From Saccharophagus degradans 2-40 (GTDB taxonomy: Bacteria > Pseudomonadota > Gammaproteobacteria > Pseudomonadales > Cellvibrionaceae): 64,000 bases of DNA. Positions 55,072 to 64,000 of the stretch are shown here, one piece after another. A model generated the notes under the pieces. It did no database searches, had not been told where the DNA came from, and saw only the letters and a list, made by a program, of their open reading frames with translations. The DNA is taken from the NCBI RefSeq assembly GCF_000013665.1, contig NC_007912.1, positions 4,399,684-4,463,683 on the forward strand, given 5' to 3'. Within the stretch, counting starts at the first letter, position 1. Every line of letters starts with the position of its first letter. The translations under genes were made by a program, and so were the position numbers.

Positions 55072-56010
55072 ATGACACCTGAAGACTTTAAAACATTAGA
55101 AACCGCTGCCGAAAACCATGGCGCTACCATTTCTAACGACACGGCCATAACGTGGGGGTTAGCGAGTGATGCAGAGATTTTGCACTGCGGTGCGCAAATA
55201 GCAGGCGGTGATACCAGCACATTGCAAGTCGCACTGCAAAAGCATGCGCACAGTGCCACTAAGCTCTACCTTTCTGCCGAGCCACACCCCGCAATTATTG
55301 ATATAAACAGCTTAATATTAAATTTAGATGCTACCGCATTAGACAAATGCATTATTAAGGCATCCCTACCTGCACCATTAAAAAACCAACATTGGCAGCA
55401 GTGGGAAGGAAGAAATGAAGAGAAAGTTATTAGCTTGGCTCGCCCGCAAACCTACTCTCACAGCAGAAACATAGCTCACATATTAAGCAAACCCACCCCC
55501 TGGAACACGTGCATTAGCAGCGCCAGTGTAAGCGGAAACAGTATCGCGCTGGTGGACACGCAGAAAGAATACGGTGTAGTACCCGAAATAATTTGCAGAA
55601 CTTTACAGTATCGAGCAGTGCTTTACTCACAGTCTCAATACGAACTTATAGATTTACTGCCGGCGAAAAATAATTGCGGCGAGTTAATCGAATATATCTG
55701 CATTGATAACTTAGCAAGCTTTTTTAATGTACTGCGCTACTGCAAAATAAATCGCTATTTGCACACGTTAACCATTTGCGACATGGCTGACTTAGCACAC
55801 CTAACAAAACTTAATCTGGCCGACGAGATAGTTCATCACTTGATAACCAATACTCAGGGCGAACCTCAAACAGCCAGCAAGGTTACTCTAAACAATGAAC
55901 TAGATTTGCAACATTGGCAGGTACTTAAAACAGATATCACTGGCCCCTGCTGTCGCATGACACTAGGCAGGCGCCAATCAACCAGCCCCTTACAGAGTGG
56001 GCTTAATTAA
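55072..56010 (+). CDS. RibD-C-terminal / DHFR-like reductase-fold protein (312 aa), paralog of 53295-54245
   Basis: It aligns with its paralog: KPTPWNTCISSASVSGNSIAL vs NRPWVTCVSAANLNGGRAGL, and LADEIVHHLITNTQG vs LVDEIVHHVVSGCPS. Its 3' end overlaps luxR convergently. Confidence 0.4.
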   Translation: MTPEDFKTLETAAENHGATISNDTAITWGLASDAEILHCGAQIAGGDTSTLQVALQKHAHSATKLYLSAEPHPAIIDINSLILNLDATALDKCIIKASLPAPLKNQHWQQWEGRNEEKVISLARPQTYSHSRNIAHILSKPTPWNTCISSASVSGNSIALVDTQKEYGVVPEIICRTLQYRAVLYSQSQYELIDLLPAKNNCGELIEYICIDNLASFFNVLRYCKINRYLHTLTICDMADLAHLTKLNLADEIVHHLITNTQGEPQTASKVTLNNELDLQHWQVLKTDITGPCCRMTLGRRQSTSPLQSGLN

Positions 56011-56733
56011 ACCACTAAGAATTGCCTTAGCAACCGCATGCTGACGATTAACCGCCCCAAGCTTTGACGTAGCACTAGAGAGATGAAAAATAACGGTGCG
56101 CTCACTTACATCAAGTATTTTGGATATCTCCCATGTGGTTTTACCTTCACAGGCCCAAAACAAACTTTCTTTCTCGCGAGCAGTAAGGTGGGTTTGCTTA
56201 TTTTGCGCAAGCTTTAACATTAAAGCAGAGTAACATTCAAACACTTGCGTTCCGAATGATTGTGCAAAAGGTAAACACGCGTTAATGCGTTGATTCAAGC
56301 CCTCTTCGCGATTGCTGGCCAAGCTAAATATAGCTATCTCGCCACTAGGGGCTTTTATGGGAATAGATAACCCGTCACACAAACCGGATTCTGAAGCGCG
56401 AATCATTATTTTTTCGCCTATTGCATCTACATAGTGCTCTAGATCCATTAATTGGCGCCAGCGAATTGCAGATGTATTTTGCATGCAGTAGCGCACTACA
56501 GGATCGTGCCGCTGCATTCCCTCTTCAAAATAGTTTTTAAACCATTCATCTGGATAGTTACTTATTGTAGATATTGTAGGGCTACTAAGCGAAGAGGCAC
56601 TAGAAATAATGCCAAAAATATAGAACTCAAACCCCACCAACTCACAAAACTTAAGGCATAGTTCCTTTAGCGTTTCCTCATCGGTTGCTTCACATAATGC
56701 AGAACACAACTCTGCGTAATCTAATTGCTCCAT
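55990..56733 (-). CDS. LuxR-family transcriptional regulator (autoinducer-binding plus HTH)
   Basis: The N-terminal autoinducer-binding domain is …LVGFEFYIFGI…. The C-terminal GerE/LuxR HTH is LTAREKESLFWACEGKTTWEISKILDVSERTVIFHLSSATSKLGAVNRQHAVAKAI. Confidence 0.85.
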   Translation of the reverse strand: MEQLDYAELCSALCEATDEETLKELCLKFCELVGFEFYIFGIISSASSLSSPTISTISNYPDEWFKNYFEEGMQRHDPVVRYCMQNTSAIRWRQLMDLEHYVDAIGEKIMIRASESGLCDGLSIPIKAPSGEIAIFSLASNREEGLNQRINACLPFAQSFGTQVFECYSALMLKLAQNKQTHLTAREKESLFWACEGKTTWEISKILDVSERTVIFHLSSATSKLGAVNRQHAVAKAILSGLIKPTL

Positions 56734-57276
56734 TTTTCCATTCCATTAGAAGTTCGTTAAATTAAATAAGACGGCAACATTATATTTAGCATTTTTACCA
56801 CCCGCTTTACTGATGGAAAGAATCTAATAATTAAGTACTACTAATAAACTTCAAGTTTAATAATGCACTTTTATTACAAATTCTCTTTAAGCATACTTTT
56901 AATTGTCAAATTAAATATTTGCATCTACCAATTAAAAGCAGGCGCCATTTATACCTACTTGAGATAAATATGTATATGGGAAAGGGTAACTATATATCAC
57001 AAAAACGTGAATAAATTGAAAAACATTACCTCAATTAAACATGGATAACACTATGTATGCACAGGAGATTAAAATTGGTAAAAACAACAGAAGAAAATGA
57101 CGTGGCGAACAACTTAAAGAATACTACGCCATCAACTACTAGGGGATAAATAGTGCGCTTAACAAGCGCACAGAAAAACCAAAATAGAATATTGAAGAGA
57201 GTAATTTGAAAAGAAGAGGAGTAATTACTTAGCTACTTCGTATGTAGATTACAGCATTGCTTGTCGCGGTATACTG

Positions 57277-57675
57277 CTAGTCAACAAAGGCGACAGCTTC
57301 TATTTCCACCTTGCCCTTTGAATCAAACAATTGCTTCACATCAATAATAGTCATGGAGGGAAACCCTTCACCGAAGCGAGCGTGCCACGCAACAGCTATT
57401 TCAGTTTTGCGTCGATGATACTCTGGGAAATCAGTTATAAATACTTTCATTTTTGCAATATTCTTTGCTCCCCCTCCTGCTGCCTCAACAACCTTAAGCA
57501 CATTATCTAGGCAAGATGAAAACTGATTAACAAGATCATCGCTTTCCAATACGCCGTGCACGTTGCCAGACAACTGACCAGATATAAACATCATGCGCTT
57601 TCCTTCTGGCACGATCACGCCGTGGGTATACCCGCTGGGGTTATGGCGAGTTGGCGGGTTTATCATTTCGAACAT
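57277..57675 (-). CDS. RidA/YjgF/TdcF-family protein
   Basis: 132 aa. The chorismate-mutase-like fold pattern is …GKRMMFISGQLS…KMKVFITD…EIEAVAFV. Confidence 0.8.
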   Translation of the reverse strand: MFEMINPPTRHNPSGYTHGVIVPEGKRMMFISGQLSGNVHGVLESDDLVNQFSSCLDNVLKVVEAAGGGAKNIAKMKVFITDFPEYHRRKTEIAVAWHARFGEGFPSMTIIDVKQLFDSKGKVEIEAVAFVD

Positions 57676-57957
57676 TTTTAAATCCTAGGACGACAGTTAC
57701 AAACAAGATGCTTAGAACATCCATGAATGCACAGTGTGCAAACCAAGCTTTCAAGTGAATAGCTGTAATAAGTTATAGGATGGCATATGGACAAAAAAGC
57801 GATAAGGTGTGAGCGTAAATACAACTATTAGCGCTCCCCTTTACAAAAAGAGCAGCTTATTTATTAAACACTTTTACTTTGAACCATTAAGAGCGACAAA
57901 TTGAGCGCTTAATTACACGTTAGATATAAATTAACTCGCAACAAATAGGAAACACCC

Positions 57958-58692
57958 ATGGCATCTTTCGATTTTACTCAATCCACTATTTTGGTTACAG
58001 GCGCATCACGAGGCCTTGGTTTAGGGTTTGTTAAAACCCTAGCCGCTCGCCAAACCAAGCGACTATACGCCGGTTGCCGCACTCAAGCTGGTGTAGATGA
58101 GCTAAACGCACTTAATCTAGCCAATGTTACTCCCGTAGTACTCGATGTAACCAATCAAGAAAACATCACTGCATTTACGAATAGCATTGATGAACTCGAC
58201 GTAGTCATCAATAACGCCGGTATCGCATCTGCTTGTGGTTACACTACAGAAGGTGCACTAGAGACAGCAAAACAAGAAATGGATGTACACTATATTTCTG
58301 TACTCAATTTACTTACCAACTTACTTCCTCTAATTAAAGCGTCCAAACAAGCTGGGGTTATCAATATTTCTTCTATTGCAGCACTCAGTAACTTTAAAGC
58401 TATGGGCACTTACTCTGCATCTAAATCTGCTTTGCGCTTTTTAACTCAAGGCTTGCGCGCAGAGCTTGCTGCAGACGGTGTATTTGTACAGGGTGTCTAC
58501 CCAGGTCCTTTTGATACTCGCTTAGCCGCGGGTTACGATGGCCCTAAGCCCTCGCCGGAAGAAATCGCTAATATTGTGCTTGACTCGTTCGGTGACAGAA
58601 TTGAAGACGTTTACCCCGACGGCTTCTCTAAGGCTATGCAAGAAACCTTCCTCGAAAGCCCCGATAAGCTAGCCGCTATATTTTCTGAGTAA
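57958..58692 (+). CDS. SDR-family oxidoreductase
   Basis: ILVTGASRGLGLG (TGxxxGxG), NNAG, and YSASKSAL (YxxxK). Confidence 0.85.
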   Translation: MASFDFTQSTILVTGASRGLGLGFVKTLAARQTKRLYAGCRTQAGVDELNALNLANVTPVVLDVTNQENITAFTNSIDELDVVINNAGIASACGYTTEGALETAKQEMDVHYISVLNLLTNLLPLIKASKQAGVINISSIAALSNFKAMGTYSASKSALRFLTQGLRAELAADGVFVQGVYPGPFDTRLAAGYDGPKPSPEEIANIVLDSFGDRIEDVYPDGFSKAMQETFLESPDKLAAIFSE

Positions 58693-58914
58693 TATTTACG
58701 TATTTTGCTGTTTATCTCAGTTTATTTCATTACCTATTAACGCTATATCAAAAAGCATGTGCCGCAGTAAGCCTCGGCACATGCCCCACCTCTTTCGTTC
58801 TTCATATTTTCACACCTTGACTCAACTACACTTGACGGTAGAAACTATTTTACCTCTGCACAAAGCTTTATACTGCGCCCCTGCTGTAGCCCTACTTCAC
58901 TTTAAGAGCAACCT

Positions 58915-59838
58915 ATGCGTCAAGCACTACTCCGCCTTTCGGTTAACCACACCAAGCTACTTGGTGTATTAGCTGCGTTCACCATGATGTTAATTTGGTC
59001 TGGCTGGATTGTCTCTTCACGCCAAGGGCTAACCACCACGCTTTCGCCGCTAGACATAACCTGGATGCGCTTTGTTGTTGCGAGCCTTGTTACCCTGCCT
59101 ATTGCACTCAGTTATCACTGGCGAACTTTTCCGGTGCGAAAAGCGTGTTTTATAGCACTTAGCTACGGCGCCCCCTACGCTTGGCCTGCCTACCTAGGCT
59201 TAATAATTACACCAAGCGCCAATGCGAGCGTTATTATTAACGGCGGTTTACCGGTGGCCACTAGCTTAATTGCTGTATTCTTTTTTGGGGCGCGCGTAAC
59301 CAAGGGGGTAATACTGCTAATTGGTTTTATATTTCTCGCCAATATTTTAACGTTTATGGATGCAGAGTTATTTAACCGTCGCTATTTTATTGGCGTAAGC
59401 CTACTGGCTGTAGCCACTGTATCACTCGCCATTTACATGGCCGCGGTTAAAGCGTGGGAAGTATCGGTAAAAGATATTATGGTGTGGGTGCCGCTCATTA
59501 ATACAGCAGTTATGACGCCAATCTGGCTAGTATTTTCCGATGGACTAACAAGCTTCACCAGCTTGCCCGTTAACGAATTACTTTTTCATGTAATTTATCA
59601 AGGTGTGATTGTAAGCGTGGTAGCGCTGTTTTTATTTTCCTTTGCCATACGCGCTATTGGTGCGGTAGCTAGCAGCGTACTAATGGCATTTGTACCCTCG
59701 GTGACTGCCGTATTGGCATTGCTATTTAATAATGAAGTGCCAAATAGCCTACAATGGCTAGGCATTGCCTGCTGCAGTATTGGGCTAATAATTTACAGCA
59801 GCTGGGATGTATTTAGAAAAAAATTACGCGCCCCATAA
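58915..59838 (+). CDS. DMT-superfamily (EamA-like) transporter, paralog of 52295-53215
   Basis: See the first EamA copy. Same length (306-307 aa) and collinear similarity. Confidence 0.8.
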   Translation: MRQALLRLSVNHTKLLGVLAAFTMMLIWSGWIVSSRQGLTTTLSPLDITWMRFVVASLVTLPIALSYHWRTFPVRKACFIALSYGAPYAWPAYLGLIITPSANASVIINGGLPVATSLIAVFFFGARVTKGVILLIGFIFLANILTFMDAELFNRRYFIGVSLLAVATVSLAIYMAAVKAWEVSVKDIMVWVPLINTAVMTPIWLVFSDGLTSFTSLPVNELLFHVIYQGVIVSVVALFLFSFAIRAIGAVASSVLMAFVPSVTAVLALLFNNEVPNSLQWLGIACCSIGLIIYSSWDVFRKKLRAP

Positions 59839-59860
59839 ACAGGTAGGTATCAAAACTGTT

Positions 59861-60172
59861 TTAAGGTGCAATTGGTGGAAAGGCTTGGCACTGCCAACAC
59901 ACCTCGAAAGCGGCATCGTTACTTTCGCTACATGCAGCGCACACCCACTCTTCGCGTGGGGTGTTATCTTGCAAGCGAGCAACAATGATTTTGGCTCGCT
60001 CTTCATCTAGGTTGCTTACCCAAATTTCAGGCCACGAATCAATTGCCGATAATTCGCCCACCGCACCGGAGGCGTATTCGTTTTTCATCTCCACTTTAAT
60101 GCTTGCCTGCTCGAGTAAGGCCTTAACACTACCTACTAAAATGCCGTTTTGATGGGTATACACGAGTTTCAT
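59861..60172 (-). CDS. Small protein with a C-terminal Cys4 zinc ribbon (CAACSESNDAAFEVCWQC); DUF2007-like
   Basis: The ORF has an upstream RBS-like sequence. The family assignment is tentative. Confidence 0.4.
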   Translation of the reverse strand: MKLVYTHQNGILVGSVKALLEQASIKVEMKNEYASGAVGELSAIDSWPEIWVSNLDEERAKIIVARLQDNTPREEWVCAACSESNDAAFEVCWQCQAFPPIAP

Positions 60173-60237
60173 TATTATTGCCCTAGTAGGTTATTGGTTG
60201 TTCTTACAAGTGAAGTTAGTTATTGGCCTGTGCGTTT

Positions 60238-60639
60238 TTAGTCTGACGTACTTTCAAAAAGCGGTTCAAGTTCTGCGCAGGGAATGGGGCGACCTTTATC
60301 ATTTAGCGCAGCGCCAATTACTTTTGCGTTTAAGCATAATGCGTTATCGCTTAGGCGACGGATAGTTTGCTGAAACTCGAATTTTATACGCGACGCTTTC
60401 AATAGCTTAGTTTCTACACTAAACATATCGCCACTTTTTAACGATGCTTTGTAATCTAGCTCCGCTCTTACTACAACAAGGTTAATACCTTGATAGGCTA
60501 ATGCGGCGAAGTCGACACCACGCTCGAGTAAAAACTCATGGCGAGCGTGTTCAATATAATTTTGGTACACACTGTTATTAACAATACCCTGTATATCACA
60601 CTCGTAATCGCGTACTTTTATCTCAATAATGCCCGACAT
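60238..60639 (-). CDS. Hotdog-fold acyl-CoA thioesterase (YbgC / 4HBT family)
   Basis: The translation MSGIIEIKVRDYECDIQGIVNNSVYQNYIEHARHEFL shows the 4HBT catalytic Asp context. Confidence 0.8.
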   Translation of the reverse strand: MSGIIEIKVRDYECDIQGIVNNSVYQNYIEHARHEFLLERGVDFAALAYQGINLVVVRAELDYKASLKSGDMFSVETKLLKASRIKFEFQQTIRRLSDNALCLNAKVIGAALNDKGRPIPCAELEPLFESTSD

Positions 60640-60668
60640 ATAACCCTCCCAACGGCTTAATAATTAAT

Positions 60669-61298
60669 TTACTTACGGCGCAATGCACCCAACGAATTCA
60701 CTTGCGGCAGCAATTCCCACTGGCCCGTCTTTAGCACAGCGTTAAAGGCGTTAAACGGCGCTTGGCCACCATCCTCTGGGTGCTCAAACAAATCGTGTAC
60801 CGCCAATATACCACCAGGCACAATATGTTTTGCCCATTCTGAGCAATCAAATAGCGCGGCAGCCTCGCTGTGGCCGCCGTCTACAAACACCATACCCAGC
60901 GGTATTGCCCACAGGGGGGTAAGCTGTTGCGAACTGGCAACAATTGGAATAACCGTACTTTCCAAGCCCGCCAAGTATACGCTGCGGCGAAACGTGGGCA
61001 GTGAATCCATGCGTTTAATTTGCGCATCGTACAGTTCACTATCGTGATACTCTTCCCCTAGCTGGTGCTCTTCAGAGCCGCGGTGGTGATCGACAGCAAA
61101 CAGACTATTGCCACTATGCTTGCAAGCTTCGCCCAAATAGATGGTCGATTTACCGCAGTAACTGCCTATTTCTAACACAGGACCCAATGCGGCCGACTGC
61201 ACGGCTAAGTCCATTAATCGTTCGGCTTCATCTTGCGCTAAGAAGCCTTTAATTGAATTGTGTGCAATAAACTCTGATAATGCTTTGGCCGATTTCAT
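60669..61298 (-). CDS. Class I SAM-dependent methyltransferase (CmcI / Methyltransf_24-like)
   Basis: Motif I is VLEIGSYCGKSTIYLG. An acidic loop is FAVDHH. Post I is GMVFVDGGH. Confidence 0.7.
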   Translation of the reverse strand: MKSAKALSEFIAHNSIKGFLAQDEAERLMDLAVQSAALGPVLEIGSYCGKSTIYLGEACKHSGNSLFAVDHHRGSEEHQLGEEYHDSELYDAQIKRMDSLPTFRRSVYLAGLESTVIPIVASSQQLTPLWAIPLGMVFVDGGHSEAAALFDCSEWAKHIVPGGILAVHDLFEHPEDGGQAPFNAFNAVLKTGQWELLPQVNSLGALRRK

Positions 61299-61356
61299 TG
61301 AGCGGTTGGTACCTTTTATTCAATATTTATTTTTCAAGTATTCGTAGCTTCGCTTA

Positions 61357-62133
61357 TTGTTAGCGAACATTTTTCCAATAGGGCTGGCAATGCGTAAAGA
61401 ACACAAACCACTTTTTGTATTGCGCTTTTTGGCCCGCTGCAATCAGTTTTATGTAGAGCGCTTTTTACGCCCACAGTTTGATCACTTAGGTGCGAAGCCT
61501 GCGGTTGCCAAACCGCGCACCGTACAGGTTTTTGGCCATAATATACAGGCCGGCAATTTTTTGCATTTAATTAGCAGCAAACAACAACCGGTGCGTTTGA
61601 CAACCTGGTCTGGGCGCAATCAACAGGGGCGCATTAGTATTGGCGATTACTGTTTAATAGCCCCAGGGGTAGTTATTAATTCCGCCGTAGCTATTACGCT
61701 GGGCAATAACTGTATGCTGGCAACCGATGTAATGATTGCCGATAGCGATTGGCATGGTATTTACAACCGCGTACGACCCTATAAATGCGATGGCGAAGTA
61801 GTATTGGGTAATAACGTGTGGGTAGGGTTGCGCAGTATTATTGGCAAAGGCGTACATATTGGCGATAACAGCATAATTGGTGCAGGCTCGGTGGTAACTA
61901 AGTCTATTCCCGCCAATTGTATAGCTGCTGGCAACCCCGCAAAGGTAGTAAAACAACTGGACCCTAGCAAGCGCATGGTTACGCGCGAATATTTATTTAA
62001 CCCCGAGGTACGCTTAGGTAAAAATATTCGCGACTATGATAATAACCAACAACAATTAGATGAGTTTATGTTCGCCCAAAACTCTTTTAGCGGTTGGCTG
62101 CGCGCAACCTTAAAACCAACTAAAAACGATTAG
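61357..62133 (+). CDS. Left-handed beta-helix (hexapeptide-repeat) acyl/acetyltransferase
   Basis: Tandem [LIV]-G-x-x-x-x hexapeptides: IGDYCLIAPGVVINSAVAITLGNNCMLATDVMIADSDWHGIY…VLGNNVWVGLRSIIGKGVHIGDNSIIGAGSVV. The N-terminus may be over-extended. Confidence 0.75.
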   Translation: MLANIFPIGLAMRKEHKPLFVLRFLARCNQFYVERFLRPQFDHLGAKPAVAKPRTVQVFGHNIQAGNFLHLISSKQQPVRLTTWSGRNQQGRISIGDYCLIAPGVVINSAVAITLGNNCMLATDVMIADSDWHGIYNRVRPYKCDGEVVLGNNVWVGLRSIIGKGVHIGDNSIIGAGSVVTKSIPANCIAAGNPAKVVKQLDPSKRMVTREYLFNPEVRLGKNIRDYDNNQQQLDEFMFAQNSFSGWLRATLKPTKND

Positions 62134-62783
62134 CCTTCCACCATATCAAGCTGACCAGCTAGGGCCACAGCAAAACTATTAATAAGTTCGTTTAAGCCTG
62201 CGATGTAGGTTTCCATAGCATCATCGTTTAAATTTACACTTAACCTTACTATACCGCTTTTCGCATCGGTTTTATTTTTTAAATCTAGCTGGTGCCATCT
62301 AGCAACCAACTTAACATTTTCACCGCGTATGCCTCCAAATTGCTCAATAACTATTCGCAACTGGTTATCGGGCCGGGTGCGAGTATCCCACGGAAAAGAT
62401 TGAATTTGATCGGCCTTTAACGCAGCGGATATATCTGCCGCCAAAACTCGAGCAATATTTTCGTTAAGGCTGCCTGCCCACGCGTGATAGCCCGCAACAC
62501 GCAAACCATTGCCTTGCGTAAAGCTTACTACACCCGCGCGCTCTGCGTACTCTGGCAATACTACCGGGCCAATGCCAAGCGATAGCTGTGGTTTATTGGC
62601 GATAGGCGTAACCGATTGAGCGGGAAACAAACTAAAAAATTGGGTTTGCGGGCCGGGCGATACACAGCCGGCAATCAACGCAATGGCACTTGCCCCTACT
62701 AACCCCGCCAACACTTTGCGCGCTTTTGCGGCCTGCATATAAAGCCTATTTACGTTAACAATAGAGTTACTTTTATTCATCAT
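62130..62783 (-). CDS. pqiC: PqiC/YmbA-like lipoprotein (ABC-type transport auxiliary component, DUF330)
   Basis: The lipobox is LIAGC. The family-typical region is …LSLGIGPVVLPEYAERAGVVS…. It is downstream of, and overlapping, pqiB. The start is probably the internal Met. Confidence 0.65.
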   Translation of the reverse strand: MMNKSNSIVNVNRLYMQAAKARKVLAGLVGASAIALIAGCVSPGPQTQFFSLFPAQSVTPIANKPQLSLGIGPVVLPEYAERAGVVSFTQGNGLRVAGYHAWAGSLNENIARVLAADISAALKADQIQSFPWDTRTRPDNQLRIVIEQFGGIRGENVKLVARWHQLDLKNKTDAKSGIVRLSVNLNDDAMETYIAGLNELINSFAVALAGQLDMVEG

Positions 62784-64000
62784 CTTTATCTACACCAGAA
62801 ATTAACGCATTGGGGTTTCGGTTGAGCTCGTTAACAAATAATTCCACCGAGCCCGCCGCTTCGCTCACAGCTTTTAACATTTCGGTTAATTCATATTTTA
62901 GTTCAGAGTCGGGGGCAATAGCATGATCAACACTTTGCAGTACGCTGTCTAACTGACCAAGTGCCTGCTTGGCGTTTTCTAAGGTTTTATCAAGGTTCGC
63001 CACAGCCGCATCCATTTTATCGGCTGTTTGGTTGCGCTCTAAATCGCCCAATATGGTTTTTAAACTCGACATACTGGCAGATAAATCTGAGCCTATTTGC
63101 TCAAAGGGAATGTTATTTATTTTGCCCACTATACCCGCCACTTCACGGGTTAGGTCATCAATTGTGCCATTAGCGGTTGGTATTTCTGAGTAATTCTCTG
63201 CACGCACAAATGCAACATGGCCGTCGTTAGCATCGTTTTCAAACACCAAATCGATATAGCGCGAACCGGTTAGCATGCTGGCGGTTTTCATTTTTGCGCG
63301 CAACCCCTGCGCCACTAACGATTCCATACGCGCATCAACTTCTTCGCGGGTTGGGTTGGTGTTTGGCTCTAAACGCTGAGGCTCCATAGCAATATACACC
63401 AGCAAGCTTTTTTCTATATTGTCTGCAGTATCTAGCGATACATCGACCACTTCACCGATATGAATTCCCCTAAATTCTACCGGCGCACCCACTGTTAACC
63501 CGCGCACTGAATCGCTAAAACGCAACAGGTAGTAGTATTTAATATTAAAGCGCCCTTCTTGTACCGACTCCCGATCTGGGTAGAGAAAAAACCGTCGCCC
63601 TTCATCGGCAAGGGTTGCGTTTTCGAAGCCTGCGGCATTATCGAACGCTATACCGCCACTTATTAACGAGGCTAGCGAAGCCATATGCGCTTTTATGCCG
63701 TCGGCCCCCATAGATAAACCAAAGCCGCTCACATTCCAAAACCGGCTGCGGGTTTGCACCAATTTATTGTAAGGCGCGCGAATAAATACGTTGATATCTA
63801 CATGGTTGTTATCTTCCGCCAACTTATAAGATGTAACTTCGCCCACTCGAATTTGGCGGTAGTAAAGCGGTGAACCAATGTCGATAGACCCTAGCTCTTC
63901 AGCCTGCATGACATACTGCATGCCAGGCTCATCAGATTGGTAAACCGGCGGTTCTTTTAGGCCTTTAAATTTGGTTTCAAATTCACCCGGCTCACCGGGG
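62773..64000 (-). CDS. pqiB: PqiB-like MCE-domain protein (paraquat-inducible protein B family), C-terminal part; the gene continues beyond the window end
   Basis: Repeated MCE domains (…IDIGSPLYYRQIRVGEVTSYKLAEDNNHVDINVFIRAPYNKLV…; …GAPVEFRGIHIGEVVDVSL…). The sequence upstream of 63921 remains open to the window edge. Confidence 0.7.
   Translation of the reverse strand, partial: PGEPGEFETKFKGLKEPPVYQSDEPGMQYVMQAEELGSIDIGSPLYYRQIRVGEVTSYKLAEDNNHVDINVFIRAPYNKLVQTRSRFWNVSGFGLSMGADGIKAHMASLASLISGGIAFDNAAGFENATLADEGRRFFLYPDRESVQEGRFNIKYYYLLRFSDSVRGLTVGAPVEFRGIHIGEVVDVSLDTADNIEKSLLVYIAMEPQRLEPNTNPTREEVDARMESLVAQGLRAKMKTASMLTGSRYIDLVFENDANDGHVAFVRAENYSEIPTANGTIDDLTREVAGIVGKINNIPFEQIGSDLSASMSSLKTILGDLERNQTADKMDAAVANLDKTLENAKQALGQLDSVLQSVDHAIAPDSELKYELTEMLKAVSEAAGSVELFVNELNRNPNALISGVDKDDE

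Overview
This 64-kb window looks like chromosomal DNA from a marine gammaproteobacterium. The moderate GC content, lipobox signal, Pro-Glu (PE) linker and thrombospondin type-3 giant protein hint at Cellvibrionaceae or a relative. The taxonomy is inferred only from sequence style.

Layout, from start to end:
- (1) 1-2.1 kb, core locus: ribD (partial), nrdR, and a divergently transcribed class Ia RNR small subunit nrdB, with NrdR boxes in the intergenic region.
- (2) 2.2-12.9 kb, accessory mosaic with AT-rich patches:
  - An IS110-family recombinase gene, followed by a structured ~170-nt non-coding region that is a candidate bridge-RNA-like ncRNA. The region is bracketed by copies of a 'GCACAAAA...TTTTGTGC' hairpin repeat family.
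  - An AT-rich Zn-finger/HNH-like gene.
  - A long Y1 (HUH, IS200/RAYT-like) transposase flanked by hairpin and tandem repeats.
  - An orphan GspG-fold protein with no prepilin leader.
  - A four-gene minus-strand operon: a SPOUT RNA methyltransferase, a Zn-ribbon membrane protein, a ubiquitin-like beta-grasp protein ending ...LVGG, and a 752-aa unknown protein.
  - Three tandem ~165-170-bp structured repeats.
- (3) 12.9-21.4 kb: one 2836-aa surface lipoprotein with a poly-Gly/PE-repeat linker and thrombospondin type-3 Ca-binding repeats, behind a ~520-bp extremely AT-rich upstream region.
- (4) 21.9-35.1 kb: an alpha/beta hydrolase and an MscS channel whose 3' end runs into an (ACAGATA)n heptanucleotide microsatellite. 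This is followed by a membrane-stress/remodelling super-cluster: rhomboid protease, a 1778-aa protein with a C-terminal AAA+ (AAA_5/MoxR-like) ATPase, a small TerB-like protein, a Gly-zipper peptide, a YqiK-like flotillin, a YqiJ/NfeD-like protein, PspA/IM30 and a YjfI-like protein. An array of three TTACATGTAA palindromes lies upstream.
- (5) 35.4-52.3 kb, candidate secondary-metabolite/signalling gene cluster: MFS, PNPOx-like, HAD, alpha/beta hydrolase, class A FAD monooxygenase, AfsA-like butenolide/gamma-butyrolactone-type synthase, heme-oxygenase-like diiron enzyme, AKR, EmrAB-like exporter, free-standing condensation domain, carrier protein, adenylation enzyme, and two acyl-CoA-dehydrogenase-like proteins.
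- (6) 52.3-56.7 kb: a LuxI/LuxR quorum-sensing pair with a lux-box-like palindrome. It is embedded between two paralogous RibD-C/DHFR-like genes and two paralogous EamA transporter genes.
- (7) 57.3-64 kb: housekeeping-type genes (RidA, SDR, DUF2007-like, hotdog thioesterase, SAM methyltransferase, LbH acyltransferase, PqiC, PqiB partial).

No rRNA genes or CRISPR arrays were seen; tRNA genes were not searched for. The most novel candidates are the Ubl-GG operon, the TerB-giant AAA+/flotillin/PspA cluster, the IS110 element with its ncRNA, and the quorum-sensing-linked AfsA/HDO/carrier-protein gene cluster.
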